Below, one piece after another: positions 12,466 through 22,670 of a stretch of 64,000 nt of DNA. Every line of letters starts with the position of its first letter. Position 1 is the first letter of the stretch. Origin of the DNA: Candidatus Marinacidobacterales bacterium (GTDB lineage: Bacteria; Acidobacteriota; Vicinamibacteria; Marinacidobacterales; DATDRI01); contig OZ245365.1 in assembly GCA_965226495.1 (NCBI GenBank), positions 4,640,001-4,704,000 of the forward strand. The letters run 5' to 3'. Both the position numbers and the translations under genes were made by a program. The notes beneath the pieces were generated by a model. It searched no databases, had not been told where the DNA came from, and saw only the letters and a list, made by a program, of their open reading frames with translations.

Positions 12466-12815
12466 AAAGGTGGCACCAATGGGTCTTCCGACGAGATCGG
12501 CGACGGGACCGGGTCCCCTGGCTTCTTGTCGTTAGAATTCGCCCCCGCGAGCTCCCCCTCTTTCCACCGCTTGTAGCTCTCGAGAAGCTCGGCGAGCAAG
12601 CGATCGCCGAGCTCTGGGCTCTCGAACCCGACCTGTTTCCAGTATTTCTGCTCGCCGTTGACCATCACTGGCTTCGAAGGAACGGCAGCGAACATGCCGT
12701 TCACGCCATCGATGACTCGGAATCCGCGGACGATAATTCCTTCACCAATCGTCACGTCGGCAAACGCCAGAATCTTGGTATCTCTCCCCTTGGGAGAACT
12801 AAATTCAGCCTTCAT
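12462..12815 (-). CDS. spoVG: SpoVG-family nucleic-acid-binding protein
   Basis: LAFADVTI..IIVRGFRVIDGVNGMFAAVPSK matches the SpoVG pattern. Confidence 0.8.
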   Translation of the reverse strand: MKAEFSSPKGRDTKILAFADVTIGEGIIVRGFRVIDGVNGMFAAVPSKPVMVNGEQKYWKQVGFESPELGDRLLAELLESYKRWKEGELAGANSNDKKPGDPVPSPISSEDPLVPPF

Positions 12816-12853
12816 GTCATTCCTCCATTTCTTTTTCTTGAATCACAAACCCT

Positions 12854-13435
12854 CTAAAGCAGAGGCTCCCACCGGCCGGCCCGGTATCGGGCCAAGCGGA
12901 CTCGTCCCGATGATCCGAGGACGATCACCGCATAGATGAATCCCTGCCCGTTACTGAGAAAAAGCGTTCCGCTCGTCGAAGTCCCGATCGGTGAGAACGA
13001 CAGCATTCGACCTCGGCCGAACCGAAGCGGCGGAAAGTTGGGCTGCTTTCCAGCAGCAGTAACAGCGTTACGGGGCGGAGTCCCGTACCGAACCCCGGAG
13101 AAGTAGTCGCTGAGCCTCCAGTACTCCCGGATCCTTTGGTCCACCCCAGAGCGCATATCGGCGCGACGCACCCCGTTGCCGTTTCCATCAATGTAGAGGG
13201 AGAGCACCGGCTCCCCTTCGACTTCATCGAATACGATTGCGGTGTAGCGCCCCTTTGCCGCGGCTTCGGATCGGACCTGTCGGAAGAGCCCCCTGAAGTA
13301 GTGCGCCGCCCCACGGAGGCGGTACTCCTTCGCCAAATCCCATCCTCGTGGTATCGACAGCCCGGCGACAATCACCATGAGCAGGACCACCATCATCAAC
13401 TCCACTAGACTGTAGGCTTTCTCATTCGAACGCAT
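12854..13435 (-). CDS. Prepilin-type (GspH/FimT-like) pseudopilin
   Basis: AYSLVELMMVVLL class III signal (Ala at -1), C-terminal FSPIG..GTLFL..GRVR. Confidence 0.8.
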   Translation of the reverse strand: MRSNEKAYSLVELMMVVLLMVIVAGLSIPRGWDLAKEYRLRGAAHYFRGLFRQVRSEAAAKGRYTAIVFDEVEGEPVLSLYIDGNGNGVRRADMRSGVDQRIREYWRLSDYFSGVRYGTPPRNAVTAAGKQPNFPPLRFGRGRMLSFSPIGTSTSGTLFLSNGQGFIYAVIVLGSSGRVRLARYRAGRWEPLL

Positions 13436-13497
13436 GGTTCATTTGCTCCCGAAATAAATGGCCGGCCCCGAAGTGTGAGACAGGGCCTTCCTTTGCT

Positions 13498-13530
13498 CCC
13501 TCTCCCTCAGGGAGAGGGCCGGGGTGAGGG
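13498..13530. repeat. BoxC-like REP palindrome (reverse orientation)
   Basis: CCCTCTCCCTCAGGGAGAGGGCCGGGGTGAGGG is the exact reverse complement of 1463-1495. Confidence 0.85.
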
Positions 13531-13566
13531 TGATTCATCCCCGGCCCCCTGGCTCCCTGCTATCCT

Positions 13567-13923
13567 TTACTTAGTGCCCTTCCCACTCGCCTCGACCAAC
13601 AGATAGGGTCGTAGACGCAGGAACGTCTTCTCCCCGATCCCCTTGACGTTCATGAGCTCCTCGACCTTGGTAAAGCTCCCGTTTTTCTTGCGGTAGGCCA
13701 CTATCCGGGCCGCTACCGTATCGCCGATCCTCGGAAGCTCGGTGAGCTCCTCGCTCGTCGCTGTGTTCAAGTTGACCTGGAGTTCTGCGGCGAACGCGGA
13801 TTTCTTGGACGTCTCGTCTGTGGCAGGTCTGACAGGTGTGGCCGGCCCGGCAAGCGCCGGAGTCGGGGCGCCTGCGACGCCTAGGAAAACCATAGAGACG
13901 ACTACCAACATTGCATGTTTCAT
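13567..13923 (-). CDS. comEA: ComEA-family helix-hairpin-helix DNA-binding protein
   Basis: Signal peptide followed by VNLNTA..ELTELPRIG..IVAYR..VKGIGEK. Confidence 0.88.
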   Translation of the reverse strand: MKHAMLVVVSMVFLGVAGAPTPALAGPATPVRPATDETSKKSAFAAELQVNLNTATSEELTELPRIGDTVAARIVAYRKKNGSFTKVEELMNVKGIGEKTFLRLRPYLLVEASGKGTK

Positions 13924-14228
13924 CCTTCCCTCCTTTTAGATATCCGTGGACGGCTGAGATTTGGAGTGCCGTTTGTCCTTTAGAAATCGTTGGTGCCCGG
14001 CACGGCGCCCTCGTCGACCGCCCATCAGCGACGAGGACATGAAGAAGAGACGAAAAACGGGAGGCGAACCCTCCCTGGCTTGTGCAAAAAACAGAATCGT
14101 TGACCAGATGCTGAGCGTCGAGTGCTCAGATCGGATTAAGGTAGCTAGAAAGAAGGGTTTATGGTAAACTCTAAAGTGGTGTGTTAACTTCCGCGGGCTA
14201 TGATCTGCCCAAGGGGCTCACCTGATCA

Positions 14229-16043
14229 ATGGATGTACAAGACTCCGGAAATCTAGATCAGAAGGCATTCCTGGCGTTGCTCATTGAGCTGCACCAGAAG
14301 AGCGGTACCGGTTCGCTGAAACTCGAACGGGCGCCCCTGCAAAAGGCGGTCTATTTCCGCGACGGCCAGATCCTCTTTGCGGCCTCCAACGATCCGCAGG
14401 ATCAACTCGCGTCCATTCTGGTCGAGGAGGGGAAGCTCTCCAAGGACCAAATGCAGGTGGCACAAGCACGCGTATCGGCTGGAAACCCGCTGGCCAAGGT
14501 TCTTACGGAGCTCGGTTACATCTCGCAGAGGGAGCTGGCGGACGCAGCACGACTGAAGGTCGAGAAGATCCTCACCGATCTCTACGGGTGGAAAGAGGGC
14601 ACCTACCAGTTCGTGGAACGATCACTGCCCAAGGGTGCGATCGACTTGGAGCTTTCCACGCCGCGCCTGATCTTCAACAGCGTGCGACGCATCGACGACC
14701 GAGAGTGGATCTTGAAACAACTGGGCTCTTTGGATTCGGTTCTCGCCGCGACCCCTTCGTTCGATAATTTTTTGACCAAGACGACCCCCGAGCCGAGTGC
14801 GAGCGACGTGCTTCGCTTGGTTGATGGTGTGCAATCCATCAAACAAATCGGGGCGCTCTCCACTTTGGGCGAGTTCGAAGTCTGTAAAATCTTGGCGTCC
14901 GCTCTACTGACCGGAGCGCTGGAAAAATCTTCGGCGGGTACTCCCTTCGCCGGAGAAGCCGCTTCTCCGCCCGGGCCGCCACCAAGCGAGGCCTCCTTCC
15001 CTTTTCCGGGCGATGCCGCGGTAGAAACGACGGCGCTCAATATTGGAGAAAGCGGCTCGGATTCCGCGGAGGCCGGGTACACAGACCCACAGCCGGTTCC
15101 GCTATCAGAGATCGAGCGGTCAGCGGCCCTTCCCGCAAGCCAGCCGTCTGGAGATTTCGTCTTCGACGAACCCCCTAGCGCCGCTTCGAGCGAGCAAAAA
15201 AGAGTGCCTCCGCGCCCTCGAAAGATGAGTCGAGGCGGCGGAAGCAAGAAAGCACTCATGGCCGCGGCCGCTCTCGTGGCGATCGGAGGGATAGCCGGAG
15301 CCGCGTACTACTTCTTCTGGGGACCAGAAGAATCGTCGGCAGGAGCCACCGGGACTCCAGCAGGCACTCCGCCGGTGACCACGCAGGCGGGCCAAACTCC
15401 GAAGCCACCGCCGACCACCACCAGGACGCCACCACCCTCCACAACGGCTCCGCCAACGTCGACGCCCCCTCCCACCGGTCCGACTCCGACAAGCCCATCG
15501 ACGACCAGACCGCCGAGGCCGTCCACCAGCCCGTCTAGCGGGGCGAAGACTCCACCGAAGGCCGCTTCGTCGAAACCCCCATCGACCAAAACGACGCCTT
15601 CGCCGCCCCCGAGGACTACGACCACCACCGCTCCCCCGCGAACATCTCCTCCGTCGAGCCCGACACCAACGTCAACTGGTAGCCGGCCCAGCACTCCTTC
15701 CGGACAACCCATGGCCCAAGGACAACAACAGCTCAAGAGTGGGAACTATCCTCAAGCGGCAGCTACGTTTCTCGGCCATCTTAGACGCGTGGGTACTGAC
15801 AAGTTCACGATTGCGGTGGGTGTTTTCTGCGATGCGAGCAACGTGAGCCGCGTCGTCCAAAGCTCGGGGGGCTCCGAGCAGCTACTCGTCCTTTCCTTCG
15901 ATAACAAGGGGCGCTCGTGCTACCGGGTGTTCTGGGGAATCTTCGACTCGCGGGCGGAAGCCCAGCGGGCGATTGCATCTGTCCCGACCGACATACGGGC
16001 ACGTGACTCGGCACCGGTCCCGATAGCTCGCCTCATTTCCTAG
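14229..16043 (+). CDS. DUF4388-domain membrane protein with Pro/Thr linker and SPOR-like C-terminus
   Basis: GSLKL..VYFRDGQILFA..WKEGTYQF, a TM helix, ~130 aa P/T/S linker, CYRVFWGIFDSRAEA. Confidence 0.7.
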   Translation: MDVQDSGNLDQKAFLALLIELHQKSGTGSLKLERAPLQKAVYFRDGQILFAASNDPQDQLASILVEEGKLSKDQMQVAQARVSAGNPLAKVLTELGYISQRELADAARLKVEKILTDLYGWKEGTYQFVERSLPKGAIDLELSTPRLIFNSVRRIDDREWILKQLGSLDSVLAATPSFDNFLTKTTPEPSASDVLRLVDGVQSIKQIGALSTLGEFEVCKILASALLTGALEKSSAGTPFAGEAASPPGPPPSEASFPFPGDAAVETTALNIGESGSDSAEAGYTDPQPVPLSEIERSAALPASQPSGDFVFDEPPSAASSEQKRVPPRPRKMSRGGGSKKALMAAAALVAIGGIAGAAYYFFWGPEESSAGATGTPAGTPPVTTQAGQTPKPPPTTTRTPPPSTTAPPTSTPPPTGPTPTSPSTTRPPRPSTSPSSGAKTPPKAASSKPPSTKTTPSPPPRTTTTTAPPRTSPPSSPTPTSTGSRPSTPSGQPMAQGQQQLKSGNYPQAAATFLGHLRRVGTDKFTIAVGVFCDASNVSRVVQSSGGSEQLLVLSFDNKGRSCYRVFWGIFDSRAEAQRAIASVPTDIRARDSAPVPIARLIS

Positions 16044-16104
16044 CTCGGTTCTCCGTATGGTGCCGGCTCTTTTCCCCCGACACACGCTTCGCCACCTTCG
16101 CGGA

Positions 16105-17403
16105 ATGAAACTGGCGTCGCCGACAGTTCTTCTCATCACCCTACTCGCGCCTCCCCTCAGCGCGGAGACACTCCATTTGACGAACGGCCGGCAAATCCAG
16201 GTGGAGCGTTATTGGGAAGAAGGCAAGCAGATCTATTACGAAAGAAACGGCAGCATCTTCGGATTTCCTAGCTCGCTCCTCGAGCGAGTGGATCGCGGCG
16301 ACGCGCGTCCCGCCACCAAGAAAACGTCGGAAGCGGTGGAAGAGGCCGAGCCCGGATTTAGGAACGAGCCCCATGCGAAGGCGGTCGAGCAAGCACGGGC
16401 CTCGGCCGAAGAAGGGGATCTCGAGAAAGCCTCTCATTACTACCGTCAAGCCTTGCACGCCGCCCCCGAATCGGTAGTCACCCGTGTCGAGCTGGGGGAG
16501 CTTTACCTGGAGCGCGGTGATCTCTCGGCGGCGCAGATCCAGCTGGAGCTAGCCAAACGCAGTGCCCCGGAAGACCCGACGATTCGAGAGCTCTTGGGAG
16601 ACACCTACTACCAGCGAGGTCGCACCGCGCTCGCAATCCGAGAGTGGCAAAAGGCCCTCGAGCTCGCCCCGGGAGCCGGCGTCCTGGACAAGCTGAAGCA
16701 GGCGCTGCGGGAGAACGATCAAGACATCGACTTCGACGAGCTACGCCGCCCCCACTTTCTCATTCGCTATGACGGCGCCATCAACCAATCCCTCGGGCGA
16801 GAAGTGGCCATGGCTCTCGAGTCGGAGTACGAAGAGCTGATCCAGGAGTTACACTTCACTCCACAAGCTCCGGTGAAATTAACCCTTTACACGAACCGCG
16901 AGTTCAGCGAAGTCACGCACGCCCCGTCCTGGGTCTCGGCGCTCAATGATGGAGAGATACGGATCCCCGTCGAAGGGCTCAACCAATTGACTCCCCAGGT
17001 GCGCCGGCTCTTACGGCACGAGCTGACCCATACTTTCATCAACGCACGCACCGGAAACAACTGCCCGACTTGGTTTCACGAAGGCTACGCGCAGTTGCGA
17101 GCGAACCAAGTGCCGGACGGAATGTACGAGGCTCTCAAGGAGGCGAAGGAAGCGGGAGGGCTGCTGCCGCTTTGGAGCTTGGAGGGCCCACTCCTCAGCT
17201 ACTCCACGGAACAGGCGAGATTGGCGTACTACGAATCGCTGGCGGCAACGCAGTACCTGGTGAAGCGGAAAGGAAGAGATTCATTGATCCGGATCATGGA
17301 TCTGTTGGCGCGGCGCTACACGATGAATGATGCGCTGAACAAAGTCATTGGCCTCGACTATCAAGAGCTTCAGACCGCTTGGGAAGCGGATCTCGGCCGT
17401 TAA
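16105..17403 (+). CDS. Secreted TPR protein with peptidase MA-like (HExxH) domain
   Basis: Signal peptide, TPR repeats, HELTH..PTWFHEGYA. Confidence 0.8.
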   Translation: MKLASPTVLLITLLAPPLSAETLHLTNGRQIQVERYWEEGKQIYYERNGSIFGFPSSLLERVDRGDARPATKKTSEAVEEAEPGFRNEPHAKAVEQARASAEEGDLEKASHYYRQALHAAPESVVTRVELGELYLERGDLSAAQIQLELAKRSAPEDPTIRELLGDTYYQRGRTALAIREWQKALELAPGAGVLDKLKQALRENDQDIDFDELRRPHFLIRYDGAINQSLGREVAMALESEYEELIQELHFTPQAPVKLTLYTNREFSEVTHAPSWVSALNDGEIRIPVEGLNQLTPQVRRLLRHELTHTFINARTGNNCPTWFHEGYAQLRANQVPDGMYEALKEAKEAGGLLPLWSLEGPLLSYSTEQARLAYYESLAATQYLVKRKGRDSLIRIMDLLARRYTMNDALNKVIGLDYQELQTAWEADLGR

Positions 17404-17454
17404 CGTCCCGCGATGCAGTAAGTGTCGGGGTCGCGGGAGTCTGCAACCTCACCG

Positions 17455-17901
17455 TCAAACTGATGCGCTAGATTTCGAGAGACGAAACCGCGGATAGAGA
17501 AGCCCGTTGGCAACCGCGACGATCGTGAAAACAATCAGCGCGTCCAGAACGTTGAAAAAATAGAAGTCTTTGGTGTGGCTATAGTGATTCATGTAGACAC
17601 CGCTCAGCGCGGCAAAGAAGAGCCAGGCGACGCCGTAGAGCTTCAGGCTGCGCACCACGTAATGCCCTTTCAGGCTGGCTTCGGCGAGAAAGAACATCCA
17701 GGTGATGCTGAGCCACATCAGAAAGTTGTAGAAGAACGAAGTCACCCAATCGAAGGTCGTGAAGTTCGTATTGAAGCACGGGCTCCCTTCCATCGCCCCG
17801 AATAGCCCTTCGAAAATCAACCACATCTCGAATGGAGCGGCCGCTACGTATCGAACGGTATTGAGGACCACGACCAGCGCCAATAACTTCACGACCGTCA
17901 T
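17455..17901 (-). CDS. Hypothetical 4-TM membrane protein
   Basis: Four hydrophobic segments; GGAGG RBS 6 bp before ATG 17901. Confidence 0.7.
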   Translation of the reverse strand: MTVVKLLALVVVLNTVRYVAAAPFEMWLIFEGLFGAMEGSPCFNTNFTTFDWVTSFFYNFLMWLSITWMFFLAEASLKGHYVVRSLKLYGVAWLFFAALSGVYMNHYSHTKDFYFFNVLDALIVFTIVAVANGLLYPRFRLSKSSASV

Positions 17902-18121
17902 GTTCAACCTCCATTAATGCCGCAGGGCCCCACCCCCACGGCTCGTCCCTACGCCGGCCACCGATCAGCTGCGGCCTCACTCCTCGTTCGGCCGCTGGCC
18001 TCCGCTCCTCGACAGGCTCGCTGCGGCCGGCGGCGGCTGCGGGACAGCTGAGGGCTCTCCCCGGGCTTCCATCGCGGCCCATGCGTGCGGTGCGGCATAA
18101 TACTATCGGAGGTGGGAGGAA

Positions 18122-18577
18122 ATGCAGAAATGGTTGAAGATTTGCCGCGTCGGCGTTGCCGCGCTAACGCTAGCAGGAACCGGCTTTTTTTCTGTCCATG
18201 TCCTGGCCCAGTCGATGGGTAAGGACGCGACCTACGTCAGCCCCACCAGCGGGACCAAGCTTCGAATCCTCCTCGACGAAAGCAACCTAGGTGGCTCCGA
18301 AGTCGAGGTCGCGGAGATCGAGTTTCCTCCGGGAGTCGATTCCGGGGCTCACGTGCATGGGACGGTGGAGATCTTCTATGTCCTCGAAGGCGAGCTCGAG
18401 CACATCGTGAATGGAAAGAAATACGTGCTCGGACCGGGCATGATCGGTCACGTCCGTCCGCCTGACGAAGTGATCCACCGCGTCAAAGCGAACGGTCCTC
18501 CTTGTAAAGCGTTGGTTATCTGGGCTCCCGGCGGAGAGGGGACCCGTATCGCCGAGCAATGGGAGGCCGGGAACTGA
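18122..18577 (+). CDS. Exported cupin-domain protein
   Basis: Signal peptide, HVHGTVEIFYVLEG and VIH cupin motifs; GGAGG RBS. Confidence 0.85.
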   Translation: MQKWLKICRVGVAALTLAGTGFFSVHVLAQSMGKDATYVSPTSGTKLRILLDESNLGGSEVEVAEIEFPPGVDSGAHVHGTVEIFYVLEGELEHIVNGKKYVLGPGMIGHVRPPDEVIHRVKANGPPCKALVIWAPGGEGTRIAEQWEAGN

Positions 18578-18591
18578 GAGGTTACAGTCCA

Positions 18592-18930
18592 CTACTTCGT
18601 TGGCGCGAGCTGTTTCAGCTCTTCGAACCACCCCTTCACGACGTTTAACTGGGACTGCTGCGACGACTCGGTCGACAAGGCGACCAGGAATTTCTGACTG
18701 TCCGGAGAGACGCCGATGTGGGGATGATTGAGCGAAGCGAGGAGTTGTGCCTTACGCCGAAATCGCGCCAGGCGCTCGGGCTCCTCGGCTACTTCTGAGG
18801 GCAAAGCCTTGATGGCAACATCGCGCCCCAGCTTGGTATCCCGCGCTCGGTAGACCTCTCCCATTCCACCGGCACCGATGGGGGCGAGGATCTCGTAAGG
18901 ACCCAACTTAGTGCCGGGCGTGAGGGACAT
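18592..18930 (-). pseudogene. Internally deleted Ser/Thr kinase-PD40 gene
   Basis: Kinase subdomains I-IV (GAGGMGEVY, VAIK, HPHI) fused directly to the C-terminal tail VSPDSQKF..WFEELKQLAPTK, which is homologous to the end of 27237-30095. Confidence 0.85.
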
Positions 18931-19922
18931 TCGCGTGAAAATATCCCCGCACAGGTTGAAAAGTCAATGAGTAGACAGGCCCCGGCTCGCGCGCGAGGCT
19001 GCTTGAGCGGCGAAATCGTTCCATCACATCCTTCCCGTACTCGCACTCCGCCAGATACTGGTTGTGCGCGGGGCACATCAGTTGGATGTTCTCAGGGCTG
19101 TGGTCGCCGCCGAGGGCAAAAGGCTGGCGGTGGTGGAACTGCAGTCCATGGCGTTCGCTACAACGCCTACCCCGCCCGTCCACGAAGGTGCATTGATTTC
19201 CGTCCCGCTCGCTCACCGCGCGCCTCACCGGGGCCGGGATGTAACGCGAGGAGGGTGACGTGTCGGTTTCTTTGAGATCGCGTCTGGGCGCCCGCGTCTT
19301 ACCGTAGCGCCTCGACTCCAACTTCTCCAGCTTTTCGGTCACGGCTTCGTCGATGATGACAGCTAGATCGCTGTCCGGCATGAGCGCGCGTAGGCGTTCG
19401 ATCTTGTCTTTGAGCTCGGCGCTGGCTGTGAACTGGATTTTGTAGCGGGTGGGGGCGAGGGGCTTAACCACGCCGGCGTTGGCCGGGAAGCTTGCGGATC
19501 TTGGGCGCAACATCAGGCTGCGGCGCAACCTCCGCCACAAGCTCTTCGATCTTTGCCTTGGACTTGTGCGCCGCTCGCGGCAAAACGGTGTCCCGATTCG
19601 CTTCGGTGAGGTATGGCGAAAGCTTGGCGGCGCCGGTCAGATGAATACGGCCGTCCTCCAGCATCGTCAGAAGCTCCGGGTGCCTTCGCGATGCGCGCGC
19701 GACTCGAATTCGGAGATAGGCTTCGGCCTCGGACATATGTAATACCTCGGAGCAATAGGTGAACATCGACGCGCAAGCTTCGCGTGCTTAGAGACGCCGC
19801 TCGTCTACCTCAGCAATGTGCGCGACCAACTCCGACTCGACGCGTCGTGATTGCTGCACCAGCCCCGACAAGCGGTGGAGTAACTCATCGTCCGAAGTCG
19901 ATTTCAATAAGTTCTTAAACAT
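18908..19922 (-). pseudogene. DUF222-like/HNH endonuclease, disrupted
   Basis: MFKNLLKSTSDDELL..AHIAEVDERRL*(TAA 19788-19790)AREACASMFTYC; frameshift near 19485; C-terminal RYIP..ERDGNQC..FHH..ENIQLMCPAHN HNH domain. Confidence 0.85.
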
Positions 19923-20214
19923 GTGTCGTCCCCCTCGACACTAATATAACAACGCACTTTTTTTGGCCTTGAGACGACGTGAGTCGGGAGGAACGTGCTT
20001 CGACGAAAATTTCGTCTCGAAGCTTCTGGGCGTTGACTAGAGCGTCAACGTACGTTTTAGAGATGGCAGTACGAAGGCATTAGAAAAGTTTCAAAACTTG
20101 TTGCGGAATCTTGTCAAGAGAAGATTCATTTTTTTCTTAGGAACGTATGTTTCAACTCCTCTAGTGGCTTACTTCGCTGCTGAGAATCTTGCCCGGGCAA
20201 GATTCTTGACGCTA

Positions 20215-21543
20215 CTAACGTCCGCCCGATTCGCTGGGCGTCGGGGGCCTCACTCGGTGCGCCGCGCGGCGGGTAGCGCTCGATGGCGCCATTCGATCCG
20301 CCAACTCTCTCACCCTCTCGAGATACACGTCCATATACTCGGCCGCGATCGGTGGACCGGGAGGGTAAATTTGCTTGAGCGGATTCACCGGCTTCCCGTG
20401 ACGAACGAGGCGGAAATCCAAATGGGCACCGGTCGCCAAGCCGGTGGATCCGACGTAGCCGATCACTTCTTTCTGGTTTACGCGTTTGCCGGTGCGGAGT
20501 CCCTTGGCGAAGCGGGACAAGTGTAGGTACTTGGACTGGTAACCCATCGCATGGCGAAGAGTCACCATGCGGCCGGAACCTCCTTTGGTGGAGATCCCGG
20601 TCACCGTCCCGGCCGCGACCGAATGCACGGGCGTCCCTTGCGGAGCCGCATAGTCGACGCCGAGGTGAGGCATCCGGCGTCCATGCACCGGATGAAGCCG
20701 ACTATAGGAGAACCGCGAGCTGATTCGCTGAAACTCGAGCGGTGCTCTGAGGAAGGCCTTACGCATCGACTTGCCGTTGGGATCGTAGTAACCCTTCTTC
20801 ATGCCGTTCGGGTCCACGAAAAGAAAGGCGAAGAGTTCCGTCTCCCCGGAAACGTAGCTGGCCGCGAGAAGGTCTCCGTAACCGGCAAACTGGTCGTCGC
20901 GGTATAGCTTCTCTACAAGGAGTGAAAACCGATCCCCGGGCCTACTCTGCGTGTAGAAATCGAAGTCCCAAGCGAAGACTTCAGCGAAGGCGACCACCAG
21001 GGGAGCCGACTCTCCTAAAGACTCCAGGCTCGCGAAGAGACTCCCTTGGACCGAACCCCGGTGCGCTACCTCTCTATGCTCGATGACGATGGAGAGCTGG
21101 TCCCCCACCCAACCACCGTTCTCCCGGCGAGCCTCATAAGTCTCTAGGGCTCCGCGATGGATCCAAATCGCGTCCACATTCCCACCGCTGGTGTAACGGA
21201 TCTCTACTTCGTCGCCGGGTCGTAGGTGGCGCAGATTGAGATGAGGCGTCAAGGCGGTGGCCATCTCGTGCACCGCGAGGGGAGTAAACCCGTTGCGCTG
21301 GAGTAAACTGGCCAGCGTGTCTCCTCGACGAACCCGATCCGGTACGACCAACCACGGCTCTTGATCGGTGAAGCTGACTTCTGCGGGCCGGGGGGCCTCG
21401 GGAGGCTCGAATAGGGGAAGGTCGAGAGGTGCCAAGCGTTGCCATGCCGCCAACCCGACGACGCTCATCCCATAGAGCCCCACGGAGGCCAGCGAAAAAC
21501 GACGCACTAGGCGAAGCCCTTTTCTCGAACGTGACTTCTTCAC
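20215..21543 (-). CDS. M23 metallopeptidase (OapA/LysM-like N-terminus; MepM/Csd3-like)
   Basis: RRGDTL, ISSRFS..R.HP..HLGVDYAAP, YLHLS, HLDF; GTG start overlaps the upstream TGA (GTGA). Confidence 0.88.
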   Translation of the reverse strand: MKKSRSRKGLRLVRRFSLASVGLYGMSVVGLAAWQRLAPLDLPLFEPPEAPRPAEVSFTDQEPWLVVPDRVRRGDTLASLLQRNGFTPLAVHEMATALTPHLNLRHLRPGDEVEIRYTSGGNVDAIWIHRGALETYEARRENGGWVGDQLSIVIEHREVAHRGSVQGSLFASLESLGESAPLVVAFAEVFAWDFDFYTQSRPGDRFSLLVEKLYRDDQFAGYGDLLAASYVSGETELFAFLFVDPNGMKKGYYDPNGKSMRKAFLRAPLEFQRISSRFSYSRLHPVHGRRMPHLGVDYAAPQGTPVHSVAAGTVTGISTKGGSGRMVTLRHAMGYQSKYLHLSRFAKGLRTGKRVNQKEVIGYVGSTGLATGAHLDFRLVRHGKPVNPLKQIYPPGPPIAAEYMDVYLERVRELADRMAPSSATRRAAHRVRPPTPSESGGR

Positions 21544-22490
21544 GCTTGCGCCCCGGGAGCGGGGACCCCGTAGAAGTCCAGGCTTCTCTCGAGACCTTGG
21601 GAGAGAGAAAAGCGCGGCTTGTAATCGAGCTCCTCGGCAAGACGAGAGATATCGGCTTGCGAGTGGGCTACGTCGCCGGCGCGGGGAGACTCGTAAACGG
21701 GTTTCACCTTGCTTCCAACCAGTGCCGCCATCGTCTTCCAAAGGTCGTTCAAAGAGATGCGATCTCCACAACCGACGTTGTATACCCGCCCCGCGGCTCG
21801 CGGGGAGTGGCAAGCGGTCAGATTCACGTCCGCCACGTTGTCCACGTAGGTGAAGTCGCGGGTCTGCTCACCGTCGCCATAGACAGTGGGTGGCTTGCCC
21901 AATACGATGGAGTCGATGAAGCGACTGATGACCCCCGAGTACGCGGAGCCGGGATCTTGGCGCGGGCCGAACACGTTGAAGTACCGCAACGCCACCGTTT
22001 CCAAACCGTACAGTCGGTGGTACACCATGCAGTACTGCTCGCCCGTCAGCTTCGAGACCGCATAGGGCGAGAGGGGCTCGGGCCGAACACTTTCTCTTTT
22101 GGGAAGCTCCTTGCTAGCTCCGTACACCGAAGAAGAAGACGCGTAGACGACGCGGCGGACCTTGGCTTGGCTGGCGGCGTGGAGCAGCACCAGCGTACCG
22201 GTCGCATTGGCAGCATGTGACTCGAGGGGTCGCTCCACCGAGCGAGGGACCGAGGGGATGGCCCCTTGATGGAAGACATAGTCCACACCGGTGACGGCCT
22301 TCTGCACGTCCTCCGGGTCGCAGAGATCGCCCCGCTTGAGCTCGATCTCGCCTTCGACGCCTTCTAGGTTCGCCTCTCTACCGGTGGAGAAGTTGTCCAA
22401 GACACGAACCTTCTCCCCGTCGTCGAGGAGTCGGCGCACTAGGCTCGAGCCGATGAACCCTGCACCGCCGGTCACCAGATAGAGCCCCAC
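21540..22490 (-). CDS. NAD-dependent epimerase/dehydratase (UDP-sugar 4-epimerase-like)
   Basis: TGGAGFIG, SSSSVYG, YAVSK, LRYFNVFGPRQD, GDGEQTRDF. Confidence 0.93.
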   Translation of the reverse strand: MGLYLVTGGAGFIGSSLVRRLLDDGEKVRVLDNFSTGREANLEGVEGEIELKRGDLCDPEDVQKAVTGVDYVFHQGAIPSVPRSVERPLESHAANATGTLVLLHAASQAKVRRVVYASSSSVYGASKELPKRESVRPEPLSPYAVSKLTGEQYCMVYHRLYGLETVALRYFNVFGPRQDPGSAYSGVISRFIDSIVLGKPPTVYGDGEQTRDFTYVDNVADVNLTACHSPRAAGRVYNVGCGDRISLNDLWKTMAALVGSKVKPVYESPRAGDVAHSQADISRLAEELDYKPRFSLSQGLERSLDFYGVPAPGAQA

Positions 22491-22670
22491 TCGCCTCCTC
22501 GAAAATTCATCGCTAGCTCAAATTGACTAACTATCAGTGTAGGGGAGCCGCATGTGCTTCGTCAACCATAACTTACGCGGTCGGGCCGGGGGGCGCCTTT
22601 TTCGAATACGCCCACCCTATGTTAAGATAGTGTTGGGAAATACCTTCGCCTACGGATCCAGGAGCTATTT

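Noticed and set aside
15340-15700. Pro/Thr/Ser low-complexity tract
   Set aside because: Typical flexible linker; no exact DNA repeat unit.
19788-19790. In-frame stop in HNH copy 1 as programmed recoding
   Set aside because: It is TAA at a probable Tyr position and the gene has a further frameshift; ordinary decay.
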